From: Candidatus Borrarchaeum weybense
Lineage (GTDB): Archaea > Asgardarchaeota > Sifarchaeia > Borrarchaeales > Borrarchaeaceae
Reading direction: 5' to 3'
NCBI GenBank assembly: GCA_019057385.1
Contig: JAHQJS010000004.1
Coordinates: forward strand, 256,001-320,000
DNA: 64,000 bases
Positions within the stretch are counted from its first letter, which is position 1; every line of letters starts with the position of its first letter. Under the pieces are notes generated by a model that worked only from the letters and a program-made list of their open reading frames with translations, searched no databases and was not told the origin of the DNA. Positions 52,133-61,234 of this stretch are shown piece after piece. The translations under genes and the position numbers were made by a program.

Positions 52133-52852
52133 TTATGAAATCTCTTTTATCATTTCGATGCAGATATAGACGATGGCATGTAAAATTTCTATTAGGGTAA
52201 GCGTCCAATCCAATCCGTTCCATAGTCTTTCAAACGTGAATTTTTGAGGTGGAATTTTTCTTTTCCTATCAAAGAATACTACCCACACATTCATGTCTTG
52301 CACTACAATAAAATAGTCGCTGTGTGCTATACAGTTCCTAATCAAGCGAAAGAGTTGGTTTCCTGCGGTTAATTCTTCAAAAATAGTTTTTATCGCAGGG
52401 TAATTATCTGCATAAGCTAATCCCTTTGTAATGAGATTACTAAGAAATTCCTGAGTGGATTCTGCCCAAGTTACCTTAATGCCCTCATCTATTCCTAAGA
52501 GAAACGTAATCACTGAGAGTTGTCTTTTAAGAGGACCTTCGATCTCTTGCAAAAAAATAGGAAGAAAAATATCTAAGAAATTCCGTTTATTGAAAGTTAA
52601 GCCATCAATCTTTTTTCCAAAACTTGTATCCCATAATTTTAAAAACTCCCTATACGTCTCTGACCTAGAAATAAAGTAAAGCAAAGTCTTAACGGATTCA
52701 TCCTGCGGTATGAAGTTAATTTCGTTGAAATTCTTTTTTATGCAATTTTCAAATAATCTCACCATGTCATCTACTATTGGTTTTGAGTCAGGATGTTTTT
52801 CTACAATTTTATCTTTAATCTTGTTTTTATCAATAAACTCTGGCAAAATCAA
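52133..52852 (-). CDS. Putative HEPN-domain protein
   Basis: RNCIAH (R-x4-H) motif in a helical protein. Confidence 0.6.
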   Translation of the reverse strand: MILPEFIDKNKIKDKIVEKHPDSKPIVDDMVRLFENCIKKNFNEINFIPQDESVKTLLYFISRSETYREFLKLWDTSFGKKIDGLTFNKRNFLDIFLPIFLQEIEGPLKRQLSVITFLLGIDEGIKVTWAESTQEFLSNLITKGLAYADNYPAIKTIFEELTAGNQLFRLIRNCIAHSDYFIVVQDMNVWVVFFDRKRKIPPQKFTFERLWNGLDWTLTLIEILHAIVYICIEMIKEIS

Positions 52853-53039
52853 TACACATCCGAGATCAATAATTCAGATCAATGAAATGTTATTAACCTC
52901 TAATTTTTAATTTTCTAAATTTCTTCATAGTAAATTCTGTTACTGTTTTTGCTCTAAGATAGGAGTTATTATTATTGATCGATGAGGGAAAAATACATAT
53001 ACTACATAATACATATTATTAAGTATATAGGGGTATTAC

Positions 53040-53357
53040 ATGACAAACCTCAAGAATGAACTAAAAATACCTCCTGAAGATACAAATCTTCAGGAGGAGT
53101 GGAAAATAAGAATACACAAAGAAGGCACAAAAGGGCTGACAATTGCTAGTATAAAACAAGGAACATGGCTCACAAAAAAACTATGGTCGGAGTGGGGTTG
53201 GAAAGAGGTTTTATCAAAAGTAGGAATAACTTGGCAGAAATTCATGGAAGCATGGTCTTATTGCAGTCATAATTTTGTGTATTGGGCGAAAGGGAATTTC
53301 AGTTGGCAATCTGCTGTGAATCGCTTGATAGAGGAACTTGAAATGGTGATCAAATGA
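53040..53357 (+). CDS. Small Trp-rich hypothetical protein
   Basis: 105-aa ORF, ATG start with AT-rich promoter-like sequence upstream. Confidence 0.7.
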   Translation: MTNLKNELKIPPEDTNLQEEWKIRIHKEGTKGLTIASIKQGTWLTKKLWSEWGWKEVLSKVGITWQKFMEAWSYCSHNFVYWAKGNFSWQSAVNRLIEELEMVIK

Positions 53358-53501
53358 ATTTCAAGAAAATTTGAAATTAAAAGAGCGCTCAATTGTTTTT
53401 GGGCTGATATAAATATGCACAAAAATACAATTTATGCCATAAAATTGCTGAAAAGTGACGATAGTTGTCGTACAAGTGTAAAAAGAGTTAGGTGAATTAA
53501 A

Positions 53502-54281
53502 ATGCCTGTTATAATGGCTTCTAAAACAGTTTCTTATACAGATATAGGTTATTATGTTGACCTGAATGGATTACATGATAAATTTCCTCATTTATCTAGA
53601 GACAGAGGCCTCGAAATTTATCTCGTTGAACTTAGGGACGAACAAAATAAACTTATAAAGAGACTCAAACCATTTGAGAGACTTCAGTTAAAAACAGATC
53701 AATATTGGAATAAGGGATTAAATAAAAACGTACTATGCTTATTGTTACCTGAAAATATGGTCTCAAAATTTAACATCGGAAAAAACTACAAAATAACATT
53801 CATCATTATAAAATACGACGGAAAACCGTTCTTACCCTTAGAAAACAGAATAATAGGCTATAACACTTTTAGAGTATCAGAATATTTCTCTAAAATTGAA
53901 GCTAATTTGCTTTTATTAAGTTTAGAGCAACCTATTCTTAATAAGGCTAGTAGTTACTTATGGGATGCTTGGTTAAGGTTAGAAGAAGGTGACATTGAAG
54001 GTGCCAGGACTGCTATAAGAAATTCTCTAGATGTATTAAAACAGAAGTTTCTACCACAATTAATACTTCTGGAAGGGGCTGAAGAATCAAGCGAATTTCC
54101 CAGCAAATTAAGGAACTTAGCGACCGCCATTAGCAACTTTTTACATTATGGAGGGCCTCATCCAGGACCTGCTCCAAAATCAACTACTGAGCTGACTCTT
54201 TCGCTGACTATAGACTTAATACGATATCTTGCCATAGCACTAAGGCAGGGGCTTATCGTATTTCAAGAAAACGAGAAGTAA
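53502..54281 (+). CDS. Hypothetical protein with HEPN/Abi_C-like helical C-terminal domain
   Basis: AGGTGA SD; GARTAIRNSLDVL...NFLHYGGPH helical pattern. Confidence 0.55.
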   Translation: MPVIMASKTVSYTDIGYYVDLNGLHDKFPHLSRDRGLEIYLVELRDEQNKLIKRLKPFERLQLKTDQYWNKGLNKNVLCLLLPENMVSKFNIGKNYKITFIIIKYDGKPFLPLENRIIGYNTFRVSEYFSKIEANLLLLSLEQPILNKASSYLWDAWLRLEEGDIEGARTAIRNSLDVLKQKFLPQLILLEGAEESSEFPSKLRNLATAISNFLHYGGPHPGPAPKSTTELTLSLTIDLIRYLAIALRQGLIVFQENEK

Positions 54282-54346
54282 GCATTAAAATTACGAAAAC
54301 ATATTGCTTACAATTCTGTCAAAGCAGGAGTCATCAACGGGTCTAA

Positions 54347-54378
54347 TTAACTGCATAAGTAGGAGTTAACTGCATAAG
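54347..54378. repeat. Tandem 13-bp direct repeat TTAACTGCATAAG
   Basis: Copies at 54347-54359 and 54366-54378, enclosed by inverted repeat GTCATCAA/TTGATGAC (54330-54337, 54396-54403). Confidence 0.7.
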
Positions 54379-54534
54379 CCCAAAATTCTGCCAAATTGAT
54401 GACAGGATGATGCCCCCTATCAATTTTCTCCTATTTGAACTCAATGCTTTGTGCGATAAGGTGCGAGATGTGTACTAAATTGTGTGGTTTATTAATGAAC
54501 TGTCCTCTAAGATATAAAGGAGTCGTCGATCACC

Positions 54535-56061
54535 ATGATACAGACCATCAAATTCCGAATGTATCCCGATGAGATACAAAAACATCAACTCCATGAGATC
54601 CTCACCATCTATAACCGCGTGAAACGCATCGGCTATAACCTGTTGTTTCATGGCGAGAACTATATGACCGCACGATTTGGTGAAGTTAAAACTATCCAGC
54701 AGTGTTTGATGAGTCTATGTCATAACAACCCCTATGTTAACACCATCCTGATCGATAACAAGCAGAAACTGGAAGCACAAAAAACATGGCTGGAAAAACG
54801 ACGGAACTACATGACCACACAACTAAAAACCATTACTAAAAAAATCAACACCATAAAGGAACAGAATAAACATGACCGACGGTTAAAGGGCTTATACGCC
54901 CGCAGATCCTCGATAATGGCCAAACTACGCAAGTTACACCTTGAACCCGTGGTGTTTGGCACCAAGAAATTGTTCAGAGACAGAATACTCGGTAAAATAA
55001 GTAGAGAAGACTTTAGAATACAGCGAGATTCCTCTTTTAGTTGTGTGGGAATAAAGCAAAAGGGTGCTAAAAACTGGAATATCAAAATATTTCCAGATAA
55101 AACAGTTAAGCTACGAACTTTTTCCAAGCAAAAAGGGCGCAAATGGCTGATCATTCCCTTGTCTGTCAACCAAGTACAGGAGAAATGGTTTCAGGAAATC
55201 CTTAATGCTGATAAATACACGGTAACCGTAAAAAGGAAGCTCTTCAAGGGTGAAGTGTGCTATTTTGTCCATGTGTCCTATGAGATCCCCGAACCCGCAC
55301 CAAATTATGGATATGAACATGGTGCCATCGGAATAGATTTCAACTATAATTTTGTGGCGTTAACCAATGTGGATAACAACGGCGAATTACTCTCCTACCA
55401 TAGCATTTCGTTTGACAACCTTCATACCTATAGAACCGATAAGTGTAACGATTATATCTCCTATAAGATGGATAACATCGTCAATTATTGTATCAATAAG
55501 GGCAAAGGCATCGTGGTCGAGGACTTACAATTCGACCAAGAGTTTTCCTACAATACAAAACGCAACCGCAAATTGAGCAATATAAAAACCACCGCTCTAC
55601 CATTACTGGAGCGGAAGTGCAAAAAGCGCGGTGTGTCCTTTCGAAAGGTATTCCCGGGATATACCTCCCTCATCGGGAAATACAAGTATTCCCGATTATA
55701 TAATTTGTCAATCCATCACCTTGCAAGTTATGTAATAGCTCGAAGAGGGCTGGGTTTCAAGGAAGCAATTCCAGCCGTCTACGATTGGGTGCTCTCACAC
55801 GTTGAGGAGTACATCGAGCCTCATGTGAAAAAGAGTAGTCCTTACCATAGCTAGGCGATGATCCATGACCTCTTCGAGCACAGCGGGATAACCTCCTTCA
55901 AGACTGCTGAGATACTGTGCAAAACGGTATTAATGAAGCATGTGTTGAACTCGGTGACGAGCGCACAGCCCGATAACCTTAAGGCTGGTCTTTCCTCTCA
56001 CGGAAAGATTGAGGATTATCATAAAACGTGGAATGTCGTTAATAATTTCACAGTTTTATAA
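54535..56061 (+). pseudogene. tnpB: IS200/IS605 TnpB-related RuvC protein interrupted by an in-frame TAG at 55852-55854
   Basis: N-terminal TIKFRMYP, RuvC-I AIGIDFN, RuvC-II VVEDL, YTS.IGKYKY, HLASYVIARRGLG; frame continues 68 codons after the TAG; more GC-rich than its flanks. Confidence 0.8.
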
Positions 56062-56162
56062 ATAATCGTAAGGTTTGCCTGCAAGAATTGTATAAGCCTG
56101 TTTAGCTTCACTTCCATGTCATTAGTGTTTTAATATTTTTAAACAAAAACAACAAAGAAATC

Positions 56163-57308
56163 ATGATTCTAATGAATGGCTTTAAATTTTATTTGCCCAC
56201 TAGGGTTGTTTTTGAAAAAGGCGCACTGTCAAGAATCGGCGAATTTGCCTCTAGATTTGGAAAGAAATGTCTTTTAATGACAGGCAAAAATTTCGCAAGA
56301 AAACATGGCTATACCGATGATATTTTAGAGAAACTTAGCAATTTTGAATTACGAACACACCTATTCGAAGAAGTTGAACCAAATCCGACTAAGAAAACTG
56401 TGTTAAAGGCTGTTGATAACTTCTTAAATAATGAATGTGAGGTAATAATAGCTTTTGGTGGAGGAAGCGTTATTGACGCAGCAAAGGCGGTTGCACTTAT
56501 TTCAAAATTAGGAGGTCAAATTGAAGACTATTTTTTTCCAAATATTGTTGAAAAAGAAATATATCCTGTTATCGCAATTCCTACGACATGTGGCACTGGG
56601 AGTGAAGCAACTAGGTATGCAGTTATAACAGATAATGATGAAGGATTAAAAAAAACAATTTCAGGTGATCCGCTCGTTCCTAGAATTGCTTTACTTGATG
56701 TAAACAATCTGAAGCATATCCCTAAAGAGGTTTTTTCCAATACAAGTGCTGATACCTTTTGTCATGCAATTGAATCATTTGTGAATATCAAATATACACA
56801 TCTCTCGGATCTATTTGCTAAGGAATCAATCAAATTTGCCTTTGATAATGTTGTTGAGGCATACAAAGGAAACGAAGATAGCAAAGAACATATGTTATAT
56901 GCCAGTCTTTTAGCTGGAGTGGCAATTAACTTCTCTGGTTCAACTGCAGTTCATGCTCTTGGATATTATTTGACCTCAAAACACGGAATTCCTCATGGGT
57001 TAGCCAGTGCCGTATTCTTGCTACCTGTCTTAGAATACGAAAAAGACAGCATTTCTGATAGGATTTATGAACTTGCGTATGCAATGCGGCTCAAACAGAC
57101 AGATCCCGAATACTTTATCAATGCATTAAATCAGAAATTTCATGAAATTGGTATAATTAGATCTCTTTTAGACCTAGGCATCGGATATGGGGAGAAGGAA
57201 AATATTATCAGGAAAGCTCTTTTGTTTTCAAGAAACCTTGACAATAATCCAGTAAAACTAGAGGTAAAAGACTTGACAACAATTGTTGACATGGCGTATA
57301 CTCGATGA
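56163..57308 (+). CDS. Iron-containing (group III) alcohol dehydrogenase
   Basis: GGGSVIDAAK, IPTTCGTGSE, DTFCHAIE, HALG...HG. Confidence 0.93.
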   Translation: MILMNGFKFYLPTRVVFEKGALSRIGEFASRFGKKCLLMTGKNFARKHGYTDDILEKLSNFELRTHLFEEVEPNPTKKTVLKAVDNFLNNECEVIIAFGGGSVIDAAKAVALISKLGGQIEDYFFPNIVEKEIYPVIAIPTTCGTGSEATRYAVITDNDEGLKKTISGDPLVPRIALLDVNNLKHIPKEVFSNTSADTFCHAIESFVNIKYTHLSDLFAKESIKFAFDNVVEAYKGNEDSKEHMLYASLLAGVAINFSGSTAVHALGYYLTSKHGIPHGLASAVFLLPVLEYEKDSISDRIYELAYAMRLKQTDPEYFINALNQKFHEIGIIRSLLDLGIGYGEKENIIRKALLFSRNLDNNPVKLEVKDLTTIVDMAYTR

Positions 57309-57339
57309 CAAGAAAATAGAAGAACTTGCTAATGATCTT

Positions 57340-58296
57340 TCATATAAGGACCAATATTCCAGCCAGATCAACTAAAATAGCATAAAATCGTGCGAGAATT
57401 GAGAAGGCAGATGAACTAGCGGCTTCTTGTCCAAAGACCAAAGTAAAGATAATTACGATTCCTGATTCTTGCAATCCAAGACCTGCAGGTGTAATAGGAA
57501 CGAAAGAAAGTGCAGTGAGAAGTGGATGAATCATTACAAACCCGAAATATGAAATACCAGTTATGTTAAGTGAGAGTGCGATTAAATACCATTGGAGCCC
57601 TTTAAGAAGCCAAGATACCGAAGTAAAGCCTATTGCATGTGGGATCACTGGTTTTATTTTCTGGCCTTGTTGTTGAAAATCAGAAAATTTAGGTAGCAGC
57701 TTTGCTAGTATCTTTCCGATTAGAGGAATCTTGCATAACCATTGAACAATACCTTCAGCTTTTTCAGACCAGACAATAATGCCAAGTATTACCGCCACAA
57801 TAAAGAGGAATATGGTTCCAATAAGTAATACAATAAACAAAATCTGATTCTCAATAGTGAAACCAATGAAGATTAATCCGATTCCACATCCAAATACTTT
57901 AATGAAGAATTCCAAAGACTGAAGACCAATGATTGCAGATAGACTTGAAGAATAGGCAACATTTGCTCTTTTTTTGAGGAAGTAAGGGACTGTAAAATAG
58001 CCAACGCGTCCAGGAGTTACATCGCTATAGAGCATGCCCCCTAGATGACACAGAAAGACTTGTACGAAAGGAACCTGAATGTCCATATATTTTAGAACGA
58101 AATGATAACGAAATGCCAGAACTAAATTGTCTATCGCATAAAACACTAAAGCTAAGATGAAGAGTGATAACTCGATGCTCACGATGGCGTCAAGAAAATC
58201 ACTCCATCCTACTTGCCACAAGAGAAGTATGAGAATCGCAATACCTAATAGCGCTTGCAATATAACATTGCGTTTGGAAGAGATTACGTTTGACAA
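57340..58296 (-). CDS. Lysylphosphatidylglycerol-synthase TM / flippase-like domain protein (UPF0104)
   Basis: TPGRVG, PITPAGLGLQE, multiple TMs. Confidence 0.88.
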   Translation of the reverse strand: MSNVISSKRNVILQALLGIAILILLLWQVGWSDFLDAIVSIELSLFILALVFYAIDNLVLAFRYHFVLKYMDIQVPFVQVFLCHLGGMLYSDVTPGRVGYFTVPYFLKKRANVAYSSSLSAIIGLQSLEFFIKVFGCGIGLIFIGFTIENQILFIVLLIGTIFLFIVAVILGIIVWSEKAEGIVQWLCKIPLIGKILAKLLPKFSDFQQQGQKIKPVIPHAIGFTSVSWLLKGLQWYLIALSLNITGISYFGFVMIHPLLTALSFVPITPAGLGLQESGIVIIFTLVFGQEAASSSAFSILARFYAILVDLAGILVLI

Positions 58297-58415
58297 AAAA
58301 TCTCACCAATTCTAAATTGAGTTATATGAATGAATTGTGAGAGACAATATCTTATTTTTAAGTTTTGGGACAGATGGGATGAGGGATTCTATTGAAAGAG
58401 AGTGGTTGCCAAAAA

Positions 58416-59339
58416 TTATAACTTTTCGAAAAACGCAATAAACTTAACATAACAAGAAGTGTCTACTTCTTTTTCGTTTTGAATGATGTAAAGAGTCAAT
58501 TTTAGGTCTTTTAAATTCTTTCTAATTCTTTCAATTAGATGTGGAATATCATAAAAGCGGCCGTGCCGATTCACATAACCTTTTGCACAATATAACGTAG
58601 CCTCTCTTTCAAAATTTATACCGCTTCGTGGTAGAACAATTGGATCTGTTTGTATTGCGTACTTGGTAAAAAGATAAAGAGGTAAGATACAAAGTTTTCC
58701 TCCTTTTCTAAGAACCCTGCTAGCTTCTTTGATGAATTTAATATCTAAATTTCCCTCAAAATGCTCAAAAGAACAGTGTAAAGCCATTTTCGTGCAAAAA
58801 TCATCATCTACAGGCATATTAGACGCATCACCACCGATAGTGTTTCCATGAATACCCCTCGGAAATGCTAAATCCTGTCGATACGCCTTACATCTGTATA
58901 ATTTCTGATATATCCCTGAGGTAGGAGAGTTCCCGCTGGCAATATCTATGTATATATCGTCTTTAGAAAGATCTAATAGATTTGCCGCTAAATAATGTTC
59001 AAGGGATTTCTCAATAAAATTCTTCGCGTTACGATCTTTATAGTAATCTGGAAATTTGTGATATTCTGCCTTTCTCATATATTGCTTATAGTCCGCTATA
59101 TTAACTTCCAAATTGATAATATTGAAATTATTCGTTTTTATCTCACCTAAAATTGCATTTACAATTTCAGGATCATCGTGAGGAACCCAGGATTTTACCT
59201 TGGGTTCACGAAGAGAATAATATCTATAGTTCCAGAGTATCATATCCTTCACTTTTCGCAATATTTGAAAAGAAGGATTATGTACTCTATGTAAATATCT
59301 GTCGCTACTATAAGATTTACTCATACGAAATTTCAACAT
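58416..59339 (-). CDS. Class I SAM-dependent methyltransferase domain protein
   Basis: IDIASG, GDASNMP, CSFEHF, RVLRKGG. Confidence 0.8.
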   Translation of the reverse strand: MLKFRMSKSYSSDRYLHRVHNPSFQILRKVKDMILWNYRYYSLREPKVKSWVPHDDPEIVNAILGEIKTNNFNIINLEVNIADYKQYMRKAEYHKFPDYYKDRNAKNFIEKSLEHYLAANLLDLSKDDIYIDIASGNSPTSGIYQKLYRCKAYRQDLAFPRGIHGNTIGGDASNMPVDDDFCTKMALHCSFEHFEGNLDIKFIKEASRVLRKGGKLCILPLYLFTKYAIQTDPIVLPRSGINFEREATLYCAKGYVNRHGRFYDIPHLIERIRKNLKDLKLTLYIIQNEKEVDTSCYVKFIAFFEKL

Positions 59340-59389
59340 CCAAACAAAAATTTCCCCTGATAACCTTATTAGAGTGTTTATATGATTCT

Positions 59390-59962
59390 TTATTTAGTTT
59401 TTTTCTTTCGCATAATAACTCTTTTATTTAATAAAAGCTCAAGATACGAGCGTCTTTCAAGATCCTCAAAAGGGACACCTAAAATTTCTAAAAAATTCAA
59501 TATCTTTGATCGTTCGCTCGCAATTTCTTTTTGTGTTTGAACTAGAACTTCGACTTCTATGAATTCTCCTAAATCCTTAACAAAATCTATTGAAATATAA
59601 AGATCGTTAAATCGGAAAAGTAAGCGTTTTTTTAATACCTTTGTAACAGGCTGAAATCCTATTTTCTCCAAAATAACTTGAATAACCTGAAGTGTTTTTT
59701 GATCTTTAATTTTTACTGAAATTTCTTCTCTAGTTTTATCGATAAGGTTACCTATTTTAGGACCTTTATAGGTTAAAGCAGATTCTTCTCCTGATGAAAT
59801 TCTAATTCGCAATGCTTCATCTGTTATTTTAAAATCTCTATCTGGCGCGTTAAAATAAATGTCTTCTTGGTAGATTTCCTTAAGGAATGTGGCTTGAGTG
59901 TTGAGTCGCTTTATGATCTCATTTGGATGCGAAATTTTCGCTTTTACCTCAACTTCTATCAT
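59390..59962 (-). CDS. cyaB: Class IV adenylate cyclase / CYTH protein
   Basis: MIEVEVKA (true start at 59962), QEDIYF, DEALRIR, TYKGPK, REEI, FIEVE, SYLEL. Confidence 0.92.
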   Translation of the reverse strand: MIEVEVKAKISHPNEIIKRLNTQATFLKEIYQEDIYFNAPDRDFKITDEALRIRISSGEESALTYKGPKIGNLIDKTREEISVKIKDQKTLQVIQVILEKIGFQPVTKVLKKRLLFRFNDLYISIDFVKDLGEFIEVEVLVQTQKEIASERSKILNFLEILGVPFEDLERRSYLELLLNKRVIMRKKKTK

Positions 59963-60029
59963 CTGGCTCTTCGAACTCCTTTTGCTATTCACAAAAAATC
60001 TTGAGGGCAACAATTCCACTCGCAAACGA

Positions 60030-60920
60030 TTAATATTCTTCACATTCTGGATGGCCAGCAGGACCTATATGAACTGTGACATCGCGAACACCTGGTACTT
60101 TTTCTATTAAGGTTTTTTCTACTTTATCTGCTATGTCATGTCCATCATGCACAGAGATTTCTGGATCAACCATTATATGAAGGTCGATTAAGATTTTGTT
60201 ATATTGCCCCCTCGATCTGATTTTGTGGGAGTCAACAACGCCATCAATTTGATTTACAATTGACTTTATCTTTGCCGGATCTATTACGGATGTATCTACA
60301 AGAATATGGATGCTCTCGTGTGCGATCTCAATACCAGTGTGAAAAATCATTACAGCTACGAAGACTGCTATTATGGAATCAAGTATAGGGACTCCTAACA
60401 AAATCCCAATAAAACTCACAAGAACAGATGCGGAAACAAAAATGTCGCTACGGGTATGAAGTGCATCCGCCATAAGAATTGAACTTTCGAGGGTTTTTCC
60501 CTTGTTTTGTTCGTATATTGTCGTGATGAAATTGACGATTATGGTGCCTATGACGATGACAAAACTGAAAATGTCGACTCTTGTCGTTTCAGGAACCATA
60601 AATCGTTCTATAGCGCTTTGTATAATTTCTATGCCTGTTAAAAAGATCATGGCAGCAATTACTATCGCGGCAACCGTTTCATATTTCCAGTGCCCATAAG
60701 GATGTTCGGTATCGGCAGGTTTTGTAGCCAGCCTAATGCCAATCAGACCAATAACATTGGAACTTGCGTCGAAGAGTGAATGAAATGCGTCCGCAGTCAG
60801 GCTTAGAGAGTTAGTGATACTTCCGTAGATGCCCTTTGAAAGCGCTACTGAAAGATTTACAATTAGAATAATTATGAGCGTTCTTTTGATAGCCTGATAA
60901 CGATCAAACACGTGCATCAC
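60030..60920 (-). CDS. Cation diffusion facilitator family transporter
   Basis: ADAFHSLFD, HPYGH, ADALHTRSD, HKIRSR, VHI.P. Confidence 0.95.
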   Translation of the reverse strand: MMHVFDRYQAIKRTLIIILIVNLSVALSKGIYGSITNSLSLTADAFHSLFDASSNVIGLIGIRLATKPADTEHPYGHWKYETVAAIVIAAMIFLTGIEIIQSAIERFMVPETTRVDIFSFVIVIGTIIVNFITTIYEQNKGKTLESSILMADALHTRSDIFVSASVLVSFIGILLGVPILDSIIAVFVAVMIFHTGIEIAHESIHILVDTSVIDPAKIKSIVNQIDGVVDSHKIRSRGQYNKILIDLHIMVDPEISVHDGHDIADKVEKTLIEKVPGVRDVTVHIGPAGHPECEEY

Positions 60921-61103
60921 TCCCGTATGCTTCTCTTGAAGCTTTGCATTCTAAAAACTTTTCCTTTTTTAGCGAACTAAATAGCATGTTCCTCTTTCTC
61001 AAAAAATATAAGCAGAGAGTACAAAAAAAAGAGTTTTATTCAGAATGTTGTGCCCAGAAATCATTTGCTTATTAATTGAAATATTCTTGAAGGAGGTAAA
61101 CAT

Positions 61104-61217
61104 ATGACGAAAGTGGGCGAGCAATATCTTTGTGAGATCTGCGGAAATAGAGTAAAGGTACTAGAATCGGGAGTTGGAACGTTAGTTTGTTGTGGAGAAG
61201 ATATGGTTCTTCAGTAA
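61104..61217 (+). CDS. Desulforedoxin (stand-alone Fe(Cys)4 domain), 37 aa
   Basis: [37 protein letters not shown] with CxxCG...CCG; AGGAGG at 61091-61096; below the ORF-track length cutoff. Confidence 0.93.
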   Translation: MTKVGEQYLCEICGNRVKVLESGVGTLVCCGEDMVLQ

Positions 61218-61234
61218 AGATCGGTATTTTATAA

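Larger units (their letters stand above)
51952..56085. repeat. 12-bp direct repeat TTTGCCTGCAAG (51952-51963 and 56074-56085) bracketing an accessory segment
   Basis: Exact copies, both intergenic. Confidence 0.45.

Noticed and set aside
54347-54378. Mini CRISPR array next to tnpB
   Set aside because: Only two 13-bp units with a 6-nt gap, far below repeat and spacer sizes
55858-56061. Separate 67-aa gene
   Set aside because: Same frame as tnpB, one codon after the TAG; better explained as its C-terminus
56163-57308. Phosphonate glycan modification (phosphonoacetaldehyde reductase)
   Set aside because: No PEP mutase or phosphonopyruvate decarboxylase in the window; only a generic group III ADH can be supported
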